DNA from: a virus
Lineage: Duplodnaviria > Caudoviricetes
IMG/VR virus record: IMGVR_UViG_3300048670_000591
Span: 1 to 34,985 of that record
Reading direction: 5' to 3' (one strand)
Length of the DNA: 34,985 nucleotides
The position numbers and the translations under genes were made by a program. The notes beneath the pieces are model-generated. The model saw only the letters and a program-made list of their open reading frames with translations. It did no database searches and had not been told where the DNA came from. Of the stretch, positions 27,244 to 34,781 are shown one piece after another. Within the stretch, counting starts at the first letter, position 1. Each line of letters begins with the position of its first letter.

Positions 27244-27453
27244 CTAGCGCCTGATCTCCAGAGAGCGCACTCGCTCTTCCAGCCCTTTAAGATTTTCCGT
27301 AAGCGTATCAAGCTTTTCTGCAATATTTTCCACTTGCGCAGTGATCTTTACTTGCTGATGGCCAATGCTCATCATCATGGCGCCAGTGGCCAGGAGCATG
27401 CCAGCAGTGATTGAAACAGCCAAGTCGGCCAGCTTTTCCTGCCAGCTTTTCAT
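27244..27453 (-). CDS. Membrane-anchored coiled-coil protein (holin/lysis-associated candidate)
   Basis: N-terminal hydrophobic helix, then heptad coil ending LEERVRSLE. Confidence 0.65.
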   Translation of the reverse strand: MKSWQEKLADLAVSITAGMLLATGAMMMSIGHQQVKITAQVENIAEKLDTLTENLKGLEERVRSLEIRR

Positions 27454-27543
27454 GCTCGTAAAGACTTTCTTTCGTTCATTCTAAGCTATTCTCCGTGCCG
27501 TGCTTTTGGCTTTAAGCTAAAGAGAAGCCAAGTAAAAATCATC

Positions 27544-28023
27544 ATGAGGATGAGCAATGGACCGGAAGAACTTCTCCATTCGCTTTCTGAATTACGGCCT
27601 GGTGATGCAAAACGTCGTTATCGAAAAAGTATTTTTGAAGACTATTCTATAAGGGGACCATTCGGTCATTGCGCTTGTGCTTACTGCGGTAAGTGGAGCG
27701 AAAAACTTACAATTGATCATCTTGTGCCAAAGAGCAAAGGCGGCCCGCATTTTGCAAAATGGAACAATATTCCTTCATGTCTCAGTTGCAACGCAGGGAA
27801 GGGAAGCCTACCAGTTTTTGAATGGTGGCGACCTCAGCGATTCTGGACAGAACATCGTGAGCGGGCTTTACTTGACTGGGTGTATTTCCATAGTTTCATA
27901 AGTGCCCACACTGATCTTTCTGACTGGGAAGCATGGTGCGAAGCCACTCAGCGTATTTTGCCATTGCATGAAAGAGGAACCGTTTACGGTCCCTTCCCTT
28001 TAAGCGGATTTTGCGTTGCTTAA
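27544..28023 (+). CDS. HNH endonuclease
   Basis: CAYCG..LTIDHLVPKSKGG..N..PSCLSCNAGKG. Confidence 0.9.
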   Translation: MRMSNGPEELLHSLSELRPGDAKRRYRKSIFEDYSIRGPFGHCACAYCGKWSEKLTIDHLVPKSKGGPHFAKWNNIPSCLSCNAGKGSLPVFEWWRPQRFWTEHRERALLDWVYFHSFISAHTDLSDWEAWCEATQRILPLHERGTVYGPFPLSGFCVA

Positions 28024-28397
28024 TGGTCGCGAATAGGGGCGAACATACCCTCTGAGGGGCCTTGACGCACGTTTGGCAATGGACAGAAGCCATCGGGGCA
28101 ACCGCTTGGCTTTAAGTAATCATCAGGATCGTAATTAACGCCCAAAGCCTCACTAATGGTTTGTGTAATTTTATCCTCAAAAGCAACTTCGTTTTCTCTA
28201 GTTGCAATCAAGCGAAGCAAGTACCACTCAGCTTTTTTTAGGTCTTCAATGCCATTCTTGTTTTCGTAGCGATACAAATACTTAATGCAATTACCTTTTA
28301 GGAAGCCTTTGAAGGCTTGGGCGGTCATTGATGCTTCAATAGCTTCAATGCACTCCACTTTTCCTTTTTGATAGTGGGCGGGGTTAATAGCGTTCAT
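28020..28397 (-). CDS. DUF3310 protein (T7 gp1.7-like nucleotide kinase family)
   Basis: INPAHY..ECIEAI..FLKGNCIKYLYRY..KNGIEDLKKAEWYL. Confidence 0.88.
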   Translation of the reverse strand: MNAINPAHYQKGKVECIEAIEASMTAQAFKGFLKGNCIKYLYRYENKNGIEDLKKAEWYLLRLIATRENEVAFEDKITQTISEALGVNYDPDDYLKPSGCPDGFCPLPNVRQGPSEGMFAPIRDH

Positions 28398-28399
28398 AA

Positions 28400-29101
28400 T
28401 CAGAATTGGTAATTGTTTTCAGCGAAAGCATCAAAGGCTTCTGGAGCCACTGGCCTTCCTAGTTCAAGCAACGCCTTAGCGTAAGCCACAATTTCTCCTT
28501 GGGCACCGTGACCAATGCGTAGGGAGATGAAATGGAACAGAGCCTGCAAAGAGCAGGTCCAGGCGAAACTGGTATAGAGCGCAGAGGGCAGGATAGCTCT
28601 GGCCTGTTCCTTGCTCACGCCTATCAGCAGAAGCCCTGCATATGCCTGTTTACAAGACTCTACGGCCTGTGCGTACTGAGCAAGGGCCAGTGCTTGGCTT
28701 GTGCCCGCAAGAGGCCCTGCAGACGCCTGACGGTTGTCTTCGCTCTGTTGCAAGAACTCAATGGGAATGTAAAATTCAGCCTCGTCAGCAGCGCAATAAC
28801 GAAAGCTTTTTTCGTTCCAACCAAGCTGATCATCAACAAACGTAGAAGCAACTGTGTGCTTCCACCATTGTCTTGCGATGAACAACGGAGCCTTCACTGA
28901 CCACTTAAATACCACGCCCCTAAAAGGAGAAGTGTGATGATGCTTTGCAAGGTAGCCAAGAAGCTTACCGTCGCGTTCTGTCCATTCTGCGCTTTCTGCA
29001 GCAAAAGACTGGCGAGCGTCATTGACAACAGAAAGACTATTCCCCATGGAATCAAGCAGGCGAAGAGAGCTTTTGCCATCGCCTAGAGGATCAAGCTGCA
29101 T
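28400..29101 (-). CDS. thyX: FAD-dependent thymidylate synthase
   Basis: VVNDARQSF, HHHTSPF, APLFIARQW, NEKSFRY, KEQARAILP, LR....AQGEI; ATG 29101 preceded by AAGGAG. Confidence 0.93.
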   Translation of the reverse strand: MQLDPLGDGKSSLRLLDSMGNSLSVVNDARQSFAAESAEWTERDGKLLGYLAKHHHTSPFRGVVFKWSVKAPLFIARQWWKHTVASTFVDDQLGWNEKSFRYCAADEAEFYIPIEFLQQSEDNRQASAGPLAGTSQALALAQYAQAVESCKQAYAGLLLIGVSKEQARAILPSALYTSFAWTCSLQALFHFISLRIGHGAQGEIVAYAKALLELGRPVAPEAFDAFAENNYQF

Positions 29102-29333
29102 CTGGCTCCTTGTCTGGGGAATCATTGACCATCGCTTTATGAAGAGTAGAGCGTGCATTCATCATTGCACCAGCCAATACATAAGAAGTAGAAGCGATGG
29201 CTTCACACCATTGAATCATTTCTTCTTTGTCGCCCATATCTTGTGGCGAGTAAATGTGAATGAGCTGTGCCATGGTTGTTATGGCAAAATCGTCCATGAG
29301 ATCAGCTAAAGGAACGGAAGAAGTAAAAGTCAT
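29091..29333 (-). CDS. Hypothetical protein
   Basis: 80 aa; coupled to neighbours; DDFA...M / SY.LA.AMM.AR pattern common in phage small ORFs. Confidence 0.7.
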   Translation of the reverse strand: MTFTSSVPLADLMDDFAITTMAQLIHIYSPQDMGDKEEMIQWCEAIASTSYVLAGAMMNARSTLHKAMVNDSPDKEPDAA

Positions 29334-29542
29334 TTCTTGGAAGAATCAAGATTAGCAAAGATGAAGCGGATGGTCACTACCACCAACACCCACTGCCAAA
29401 AGCCAAGGGCGATAGTCGGCGCAAACAATGCTACGACCAAGCTTAAAAGCCATGCGCGAGCGCAAGCGAGGCTCAATTCAACGGCAATTGATCCAGCAAT
29501 CGCTCCAAGAGCAGTAAAAGTGTTTTCAATGTCCTTGTTCAT
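29330..29542 (-). CDS. Small membrane protein
   Basis: 70 aa with 2-3 hydrophobic segments; overlaps neighbours by 4 nt. Confidence 0.7.
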   Translation of the reverse strand: MNKDIENTFTALGAIAGSIAVELSLACARAWLLSLVVALFAPTIALGFWQWVLVVVTIRFIFANLDSSKK

Positions 29543-29892
29543 CTAGAAAGGCAGGCGATGGGGCGGATGCGTTGAATTGCCACTGTACCAGAGATGAAAG
29601 GATGCTTTTGCTCCCACTGGACCATTGCAGCTTTTCTTCCATTGCTCCCCTTTGTGAAGCCCTGGAAGGTGCCATAGATGGACGTTGGCACCATGCCAGC
29701 CCCTGTGAGGGTGACCAATACCACGCGCTCTCCTGGTGTCCAGTCATAATCCGTTGGTGACCGTCTCAGTGTATATCGTCGGGAAACCGAAAGCAAGACT
29801 TCGGCGTTTTCACCATCAACCACCTTCCTGGCAAACTGCTTGCGACCATCGTTCGCTTGTAGCCTAGTAACAAAAGAATGCCTGTTAACCAT
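29539..29892 (-). CDS. Hypothetical protein (SH3-like beta C-terminus); start uncertain
   Basis: WTPGERVV..GT..G..A.V.W..V.IQRIRP; stop coupled to the next gene. Confidence 0.5.
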   Translation of the reverse strand: MVNRHSFVTRLQANDGRKQFARKVVDGENAEVLLSVSRRYTLRRSPTDYDWTPGERVVLVTLTGAGMVPTSIYGTFQGFTKGSNGRKAAMVQWEQKHPFISGTVAIQRIRPIACLSR

Positions 29893-30256
29893 GGCTGAAT
29901 ATTGCATACCAGTGCAGTTTGATTACAATGGGCGAAAGCACATGCGCAAGATGGGACCGTTTGAGCATTCAACAGAGCGTGAATTTGCGCTGACGGTCAA
30001 CCGTAAAGCCATTGATGATTGCACGAGCTTGACCCAGCTCAAGCCCATAGCGAAGAACCTTATGGAAGGATGGGCTTCCATGCAAACTGCTTTTCAAAGC
30101 TTGATGCTGGAAAACCTTCAACTGCGTCAAGCCCTGTCAATGCGTGATGATTCGCTGAGGGCTGCGGATGAAATGCTTAACGAAGCGGTGGTGGAGATGC
30201 AGCAATATGAGCAGAAATTAAAGCGTGCCAATAAGCGTCCTTGGCCATTTGGCTAG
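29891..30256 (+). CDS. Hypothetical coiled-coil protein
   Basis: ATG 29891; MGPFEHSTEREF, then a long helical region; opposite strand to its neighbours. Confidence 0.6.
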   Translation: MAEYCIPVQFDYNGRKHMRKMGPFEHSTEREFALTVNRKAIDDCTSLTQLKPIAKNLMEGWASMQTAFQSLMLENLQLRQALSMRDDSLRAADEMLNEAVVEMQQYEQKLKRANKRPWPFG

Positions 30257-30554
30257 TCAAGAGGAAGATGGTCCACCCGCTCGTATATGCGAGATTATAT
30301 TTTCGACAATCGCGTTCATAGCCACTACCAGTGACGTGGCGACCACGATTGTAAACACCACCCTGGATTTCGATGCCAGTGCGGCTGTCGGGATGAGCAA
30401 AGTCAAGACGATACCTTTTTGAGCGTTTACTTTTTGCATAGCGCTCTTGGTAATCAGCTTCCCACGCTGCAATATCAGAAAATTCTCTTTCAAAAATTAA
30501 CTGAGGATAATGGGCTTGCCACAAGCTAAGAAACTGATCTTCAAGAGCGCTCAA
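30177..30554 (-). CDS. DUF559/Vsr-like PD-(D/E)XK endonuclease
   Basis: SALE..F; YRLDFA..IEIQGGV..GRH..G.GYERDC.KYN.A...GW. Confidence 0.85.
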   Translation of the reverse strand: MSALEDQFLSLWQAHYPQLIFEREFSDIAAWEADYQERYAKSKRSKRYRLDFAHPDSRTGIEIQGGVYNRGRHVTGSGYERDCRKYNLAYTSGWTIFLLTSQMAKDAYWHALISAHIAASPPPLR

Positions 30555-30557
30555 TGC

Positions 30558-31148
30558 TTAGACAGCAGCTAGTTGTACCCTAGCGCCTTGGTTCTGATAG
30601 GCGCCTGAATACGCTTCTCCTACTTCTTCAATGCCGAAGAGCACTAACTGTGCAATGCCTTCGTTGGCATAAAGGCGAATGGGAAAGCTCGTAGGGTTCA
30701 CGAGGCACATGGTTAAGTAACCAGCCCAGCCAGGCTCAATGGGGAGAATGTTAGCGATGAGCCCGCAACGCCCGTAAGTGCTTTTGCCTTCACACAAGGC
30801 AAACACATTATTAGGCATGGAGATCAGCTCAAGACTCGTACCAACTCCATAGCTCAATGGCGGAAGCATGAAATAGACAGAGCCATCTTCTTGTTCGTGA
30901 AGCTCGGCCACTTCTGGCTTAAGGTTGAAATTCTTGGCGTCAATTACTTTCTCGTCAGTTTCAAATGGAAGCTGATTAAAAACCAAGAATTCTACGGAAG
31001 ACAGGCGAATGTCATAGCCTGCCTGCGAGAGCCCGTAGGAAATTGCTTTTGTACCATTGTCAAGCTCTCTTCGCTTTTCGCCAACGAAAGGCAGGAAGAT
31101 GTCATTTTCAGCAAGCTTAGCAATTTGCTTGTCGTTAAGAAGCGTCAT
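30558..31148 (-). CDS. dcd: dCTP deaminase
   Basis: ISYGLS..GYDIRL, GKSTYGRCGL, IEPGW.G, YANEGIAQL, YQNQ; likely start MTLLND at 31148. Confidence 0.93.
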   Translation of the reverse strand: MTLLNDKQIAKLAENDIFLPFVGEKRRELDNGTKAISYGLSQAGYDIRLSSVEFLVFNQLPFETDEKVIDAKNFNLKPEVAELHEQEDGSVYFMLPPLSYGVGTSLELISMPNNVFALCEGKSTYGRCGLIANILPIEPGWAGYLTMCLVNPTSFPIRLYANEGIAQLVLFGIEEVGEAYSGAYQNQGARVQLAAV

Positions 31149-31152
31149 GGTA

Positions 31153-31185
31153 ATAAAAGAAAAGGAAGGGGCGATTGCTCGCCCC
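31153..31185 (-). terminator. Intrinsic terminator after the SSB-like gene
   Basis: Minus strand GGGGCGA-GCAA-TCGCCCC (GNRA loop) then TTCCTTTTCTTTT. Confidence 0.75.
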
Positions 31186-31192
31186 AAGATGA

Positions 31193-31450
31193 TCAGAAGA
31201 GATCAGTGCCGCTGCCTTCAGAACTTTCGTTCTGCCAGACGCTGGCATAGCCCTTAGGGCCATCCTTGTCGCCTTTCACTTTGACAGAACCAGTGAAGCC
31301 AGGAGCGCGGTCAGAAGTGCGCTTTTCGTTAGGCCATACAGCCATATCCAGCGAGTAGTTGCCGCGTTCATTGGGGCCAGCTTTTTTAAGAGCATTGAGC
31401 AGATCGCCAGTCAAATCAAGAGCGGCGGTAATTGGTGGGCGGTTAGGCAC
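31193..31450 (-). CDS. Putative single-stranded DNA-binding protein (small, DUF736-like)
   Basis: NEKRTSDRAPGFTG motif, acidic ..DLF tail, AAGGAG RBS with GTG start, next to exonuclease and SSAP. Confidence 0.55.
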   Translation of the reverse strand: MPNRPPITAALDLTGDLLNALKKAGPNERGNYSLDMAVWPNEKRTSDRAPGFTGSVKVKGDKDGPKGYASVWQNESSEGSGTDLF

Positions 31451-31497
31451 GGGTGTTTCTCCTTAGGAGCAATGGAGCCCTTGTTCAGGGCTCGCTT

Positions 31498-31526
31498 ATC
31501 TTACCCCCTATCCATCGTTAAGGCAA
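31498..31526 (-). promoter_or_regulatory. sigma70-like promoter TTGCCT-N17-TAAGAT
   Basis: Read on the minus strand across the exonuclease stop codon, upstream of the SSB-like gene. Confidence 0.5.
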
Positions 31527-32265
31527 ACGCTTTGCCGCCTGGATACCACTGACTGAAGTATCTCTTAACAGTGTCCTGCATGACGGCTTGCTGTTGCACC
31601 AGTTCAAAGCCATCCATCTGCAGCACTTGTAACTCCGCTTCGCGCTTAGGCTCTTCAGGGTCGTACACGCTGATCACGCAATACGCAGCTTCAATGTCGA
31701 TGCCATACATTTGCTCGGCAGCCATGGAGTAGGCACCAAGTTGTTTCTTGTAATCTGCCAGTTGGTAATCAGGCTTCACCTTGTAGCTGGTTTTCCAATC
31801 CATGAGGGCAATGGCGCCATCAGCCATCAAGGCAAGTTGATCAAGCGTCCCTGAATAGCCAATGCCATCGTCTCCTCCCCACCATGCCACGGCACTTTCG
31901 GCAAGCAATGGCTTTTCAATGAGCTCTAGAAAGGGTTCAATGGCAGTGAAATAAGGGTGCCATTCTGGGCGATGCTCAAGATGGTTTTCAATGTCTTCCC
32001 CATTGAACAAGTCTTCAATGACCCCGTGCATCCAAGTGCCACGATCTGCAGCGAGCCTGGTGCGCCGATTCGCTTCTTCATTGCCCACACGCTTCCGCCA
32101 GTTGATTAGCGCCATAATCTTTCCCACTGGCGCCATGGAAGACAGCACAGTAGTTACAGATGGCAACAACATACCTTCTGGCACATTGGGGAACTGGCTG
32201 ACTTGGTAGTGCCTCTTCCCATTGAGAGAGATCCGACTGGGTTCGTAACGGGGCAGGGAAAGCAT
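31501..32265 (-). CDS. PD-(D/E)XK exonuclease (phage recombination exonuclease)
   Basis: PSVTTVL, WRKRVG, RGTWMH, YSGTLD, DWKTS, Y..QL.AY; ATG 32265. Confidence 0.9.
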   Translation of the reverse strand: MLSLPRYEPSRISLNGKRHYQVSQFPNVPEGMLLPSVTTVLSSMAPVGKIMALINWRKRVGNEEANRRTRLAADRGTWMHGVIEDLFNGEDIENHLEHRPEWHPYFTAIEPFLELIEKPLLAESAVAWWGGDDGIGYSGTLDQLALMADGAIALMDWKTSYKVKPDYQLADYKKQLGAYSMAAEQMYGIDIEAAYCVISVYDPEEPKREAELQVLQMDGFELVQQQAVMQDTVKRYFSQWYPGGKAFALTMDRG

Positions 32266-32300
32266 AAGACGTTCAAGGGAAAGGTCCAGACAGGCCACTA

Positions 32301-32432
32301 TTAGTTTTTAATGCAATAACCGTTGGAAGAATAATAACCAAGAGGGCAAGTCTTGCCCACTTTCGTTATTGGCTGGTTGCAAGCAATAACTGGAGCAATG
32401 GTAAAAACAATGGCGAAAATCAGGGCTTTCAT
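32301..32432 (-). CDS. Small secreted/lipoprotein candidate (43 aa)
   Basis: Translated by hand: MKALIFAIVFTIAPVIACNQPITKVGKTCPLGYYSSNGYCIKN; ATGA-coupled; lipobox-like VIAC. Confidence 0.7.
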   Translation of the reverse strand: MKALIFAIVFTIAPVIACNQPITKVGKTCPLGYYSSNGYCIKN

Positions 32433-32653
32433 AGTTCTTTTAATTGTTGCTGAAGTTGGTGGATGCCAGTGTAAAAATAAGCGTAATCTCTGGTTTCAGT
32501 GACGCCTTTAGTTTCTCCGCAAACATGACAAATTCCTTGCCAAACAGAAGAGCATCCAACGCTATACACGCCCCATTTTGCACCACAATCTCGACAAGTA
32601 ACACTGGCTTGATTCAGTGTTTCAATCATGGCCAGCAGTTTAATCTTGGTCAT
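32429..32653 (-). CDS. Small zinc-finger protein
   Basis: CRDC...CHVC. Confidence 0.75.
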   Translation of the reverse strand: MTKIKLLAMIETLNQASVTCRDCGAKWGVYSVGCSSVWQGICHVCGETKGVTETRDYAYFYTGIHQLQQQLKEL

Positions 32654-32798
32654 CTTCCTTTATGCAAATAAATCGTGCTTGCCAAAGCAACGCTTGACAC
32701 AGTAGCTCGTCACAAGGATCAATGTCTTCTGCATAGATTGCATGAGCAGCTTCCCATGCGTCTTGCCATTGTTCCTTAGAAGGAAATTGCCAAGTCAT
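32640..32798 (-). CDS. Hypothetical protein (52 aa)
   Basis: MTWQFPSKEQWQDAWEAAH...; ATGA-coupled; fills the gap between ORFs. Confidence 0.55.
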   Translation of the reverse strand: MTWQFPSKEQWQDAWEAAHAIYAEDIDPCDELLCQALLWQARFICIKEDDQD

Positions 32799-32905
32799 TC
32801 GCCCAGTCCAAAGAATTGTTCAATCAGCCAAGTGCCAATAATACCCACTAGAAAAATTGCCAGCAGGAACAATATGGTAATGCCAATGGAAATAAGGATG
32901 ATCAT
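32795..32905 (-). CDS. Single-pass membrane peptide (36 aa)
   Basis: MIILISIGITILFLLAIFLVGIIGTWLIEQFFGLGE; its stop overlaps the next ATG. Confidence 0.55.
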   Translation of the reverse strand: MIILISIGITILFLLAIFLVGIIGTWLIEQFFGLGE

Positions 32906-32952
32906 AATTCGTTTAGCGGAGAACCATCAGGATTAAGCACAAGATCACCAGC

Positions 32953-32974
32953 AAAGGCCCGTACGAGACGGGCC
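32953..32974 (-). terminator. GC-rich hairpin after the SSAP gene (weak terminator candidate)
   Basis: GGCCCGT-N5-ACGGGCC followed by only TTT. Confidence 0.4.
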
Positions 32975-32984
32975 GCTGCCAGGT

Positions 32985-33920
32985 CTATTGCTTTCCCTGC
33001 ACGAACACTTGCACCCCCTTCACGGCTTGCTCAACAGTGCCTTCCTGGCAAATAGCCCGCAAGGTGTCAAGCTCTGTTGCCATGGCTGCCTTGGTGATTT
33101 TGATGCCTTGTTCCTTTATCCAGGCAGTGACCATGGTGGTCACCACATTGGCAAACATAGCTTTGTCTTTGATGTCGTCGCCTTTAGCTAGACCAAGATT
33201 TTCAAGAGCAGTCTTGCCTGCCATCATGCTGGTGCGCTCTTCTGCATAACCGAGAGCATTGGCTTTACAGAAGCCAAGAAGCGCTTCTTTGCCATTGAAC
33301 TCCGCTTGCTCAGAAGTGCCACCAGTAGCCTCCTGAGGCGAAGGTGCAACCGTCTTGGCCGCAGGAGCAGACTTTGGGGCTTCCTTGAGCGGGGGCTTGG
33401 CCGATTCCTTTTCATCGCTCTTGGGAATGTCTTCGCCAGAGTACAGTTTGAGCCCTAGGCCAGTAAACGTGGCAATGCACTTAACGCTGGCGCGTTGAAT
33501 GTTGTCACTAACAGCACGAGCATTTAGCTCAACAAGCGCATTGTGCTTATTGTCCATCAGTGGAAAGACGAGCGCAGGAGTGCGGCGGCAACCGTCAGTA
33601 AGGAAAGGACGAAGAAGCCAGCAGCCTTCTTTTCCAAATACTGGCCAGCCAATTGAGCTTTCTTCAAATGAAACAAAGAACGTTGGGAACTGTTCTTTGA
33701 GATGGCGGAAGGCAAATGGCCATGACAAATAGGAGAGGCCCTTGTAGTTCTTTTCAACGTGCTCGCCAATTGCAAGCTCATAAGCAGCAGTAAATTTCTC
33801 AGGGGGAATTTCAAGAGCAGCAAAGATGCCGTTCATGCGGTCAGTCATAGCCATTGATGCAGGATTGTCCATGGAAGCAAAATCAGAGGGGGAATAGAAC
33901 ATGGTTTTAAGCGCGATCAT
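32985..33920 (-). CDS. Sak3/DUF1071-type single-strand annealing protein with C-terminal extension
   Basis: HVEK..GLSYLSW, PLMDNKHNA, QR..VKCIA..GLGLKLYSGEDIP. Confidence 0.85.
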   Translation of the reverse strand: MIALKTMFYSPSDFASMDNPASMAMTDRMNGIFAALEIPPEKFTAAYELAIGEHVEKNYKGLSYLSWPFAFRHLKEQFPTFFVSFEESSIGWPVFGKEGCWLLRPFLTDGCRRTPALVFPLMDNKHNALVELNARAVSDNIQRASVKCIATFTGLGLKLYSGEDIPKSDEKESAKPPLKEAPKSAPAAKTVAPSPQEATGGTSEQAEFNGKEALLGFCKANALGYAEERTSMMAGKTALENLGLAKGDDIKDKAMFANVVTTMVTAWIKEQGIKITKAAMATELDTLRAICQEGTVEQAVKGVQVFVQGKQ

Positions 33921-34180
33921 TCTTTGGCACTATCCAAAGCGAAGTGATTGTCATAAAACAAAATGACCTTGGAGGGCTTTTCGTGCTCAGTAACAGTAAG
34001 ACTTTTACCAGGCAGCGGCCATTGCGAAGCCACCCTGACATCAGAGATGCCTTCAGTGTGCTCCCAATCGAAGCCTTCCTCTAGAGCAGTGGGCTCAAAG
34101 CAAACTACCACTTCAGGATCTTCGTCTTTGGCGGAGACGTAGGCTTGTTGCAAGGCACTAATAAGTGCAGAGAGTTTCAT
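33917..34180 (-). CDS. Hypothetical protein (paralog of 34184..34423)
   Basis: 87 aa; MKLS.L...LPGKSL..KP..LFYD. Confidence 0.7.
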   Translation of the reverse strand: MKLSALISALQQAYVSAKDEDPEVVVCFEPTALEEGFDWEHTEGISDVRVASQWPLPGKSLTVTEHEKPSKVILFYDNHFALDSAKE

Positions 34181-34183
34181 GGA

Positions 34184-34423
34184 TCAATCCTCGTAAAAAA
34201 TGCAGGCGAAATGATCCACTGGTTTTCCATCGGATTCTTCATCTTCGCAAAGGCTTTCACCAGGAAGCCCCCCTCCATTTGCAAGAATACGGAGCTTGAA
34301 ACCGTGCAAATCTGCCTCTTGTTCAATGTCATAAGCGTAGTCTTTTGAATAAGTGCCTACGTTGATGTCGCCATATTTTTCAATGGCTTTGTCACAAAGT
34401 GAGCGAAGTTTGGAAAGCTTCAT
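34184..34423 (-). CDS. Hypothetical protein (paralog of 33917..34180)
   Basis: 79 aa; MKLS.L...LPGESL..KP..IFYED. Confidence 0.7.
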   Translation of the reverse strand: MKLSKLRSLCDKAIEKYGDINVGTYSKDYAYDIEQEADLHGFKLRILANGGGLPGESLCEDEESDGKPVDHFACIFYED

Positions 34424-34635
34424 GAGGAAGAGGAAAAATCAATAACAAAAGGCCAGGCAGCGTCAGAAAGCAAAGAACTTCCCTCGTTTACGTCCGTAGA
34501 GCGCACGAGGCGTTCAAGCGTTTCGCTGCGAGAGATGGCACCATCATGCGCAATGGCAGTGAGGTGGTCAAATGCTTGGTCGCTTAGCGTGAAGTGACGA
34601 CGCCGTTTGCCGCCATCGTAAATGCTTCTTGCCAT
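34420..34635 (-). CDS. Ribbon-helix-helix (CopG-like) transcription regulator
   Basis: KRRRHFTLSDQAFDHL..IA...ISRSETLERLVR; first gene of the leftward operon. Confidence 0.75.
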   Translation of the reverse strand: MARSIYDGGKRRRHFTLSDQAFDHLTAIAHDGAISRSETLERLVRSTDVNEGSSLLSDAAWPFVIDFSSSS

Positions 34636-34724
34636 GACAAGGCGCGAAGGTCATAGCCACAATACTCCCTCCTCCTGCTGCGACAACGCCTGCAGCCATT
34701 AGCAAAGCTTATACCGCCGAGTCG

Positions 34725-34753
34725 TTGCAAAGGCTGGCGGGAGCTGCCATGAT
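34725..34753 (+). promoter_or_regulatory. sigma70-like promoter TTGCAA-N17-CATGAT (TGn extended)
   Basis: Located in the divergent intergenic region, 28 nt upstream of ATG 34782. Confidence 0.55.
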
Positions 34754-34781
34754 GGTGGGCGCTGTACCCTACCGCCTCTAG

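Noticed and set aside
27544-28023. HNH as part of a mobile intron
   Set aside because: Free-standing between intact genes, with no interrupted host gene.
28400-32298. Longest-ORF starts for thyX (29158), dcd (31187) and exonuclease (32298)
   Set aside because: The extensions overlap upstream genes or terminators or lack family similarity; downstream ATGs (29101, 31148, 32265) fit better.
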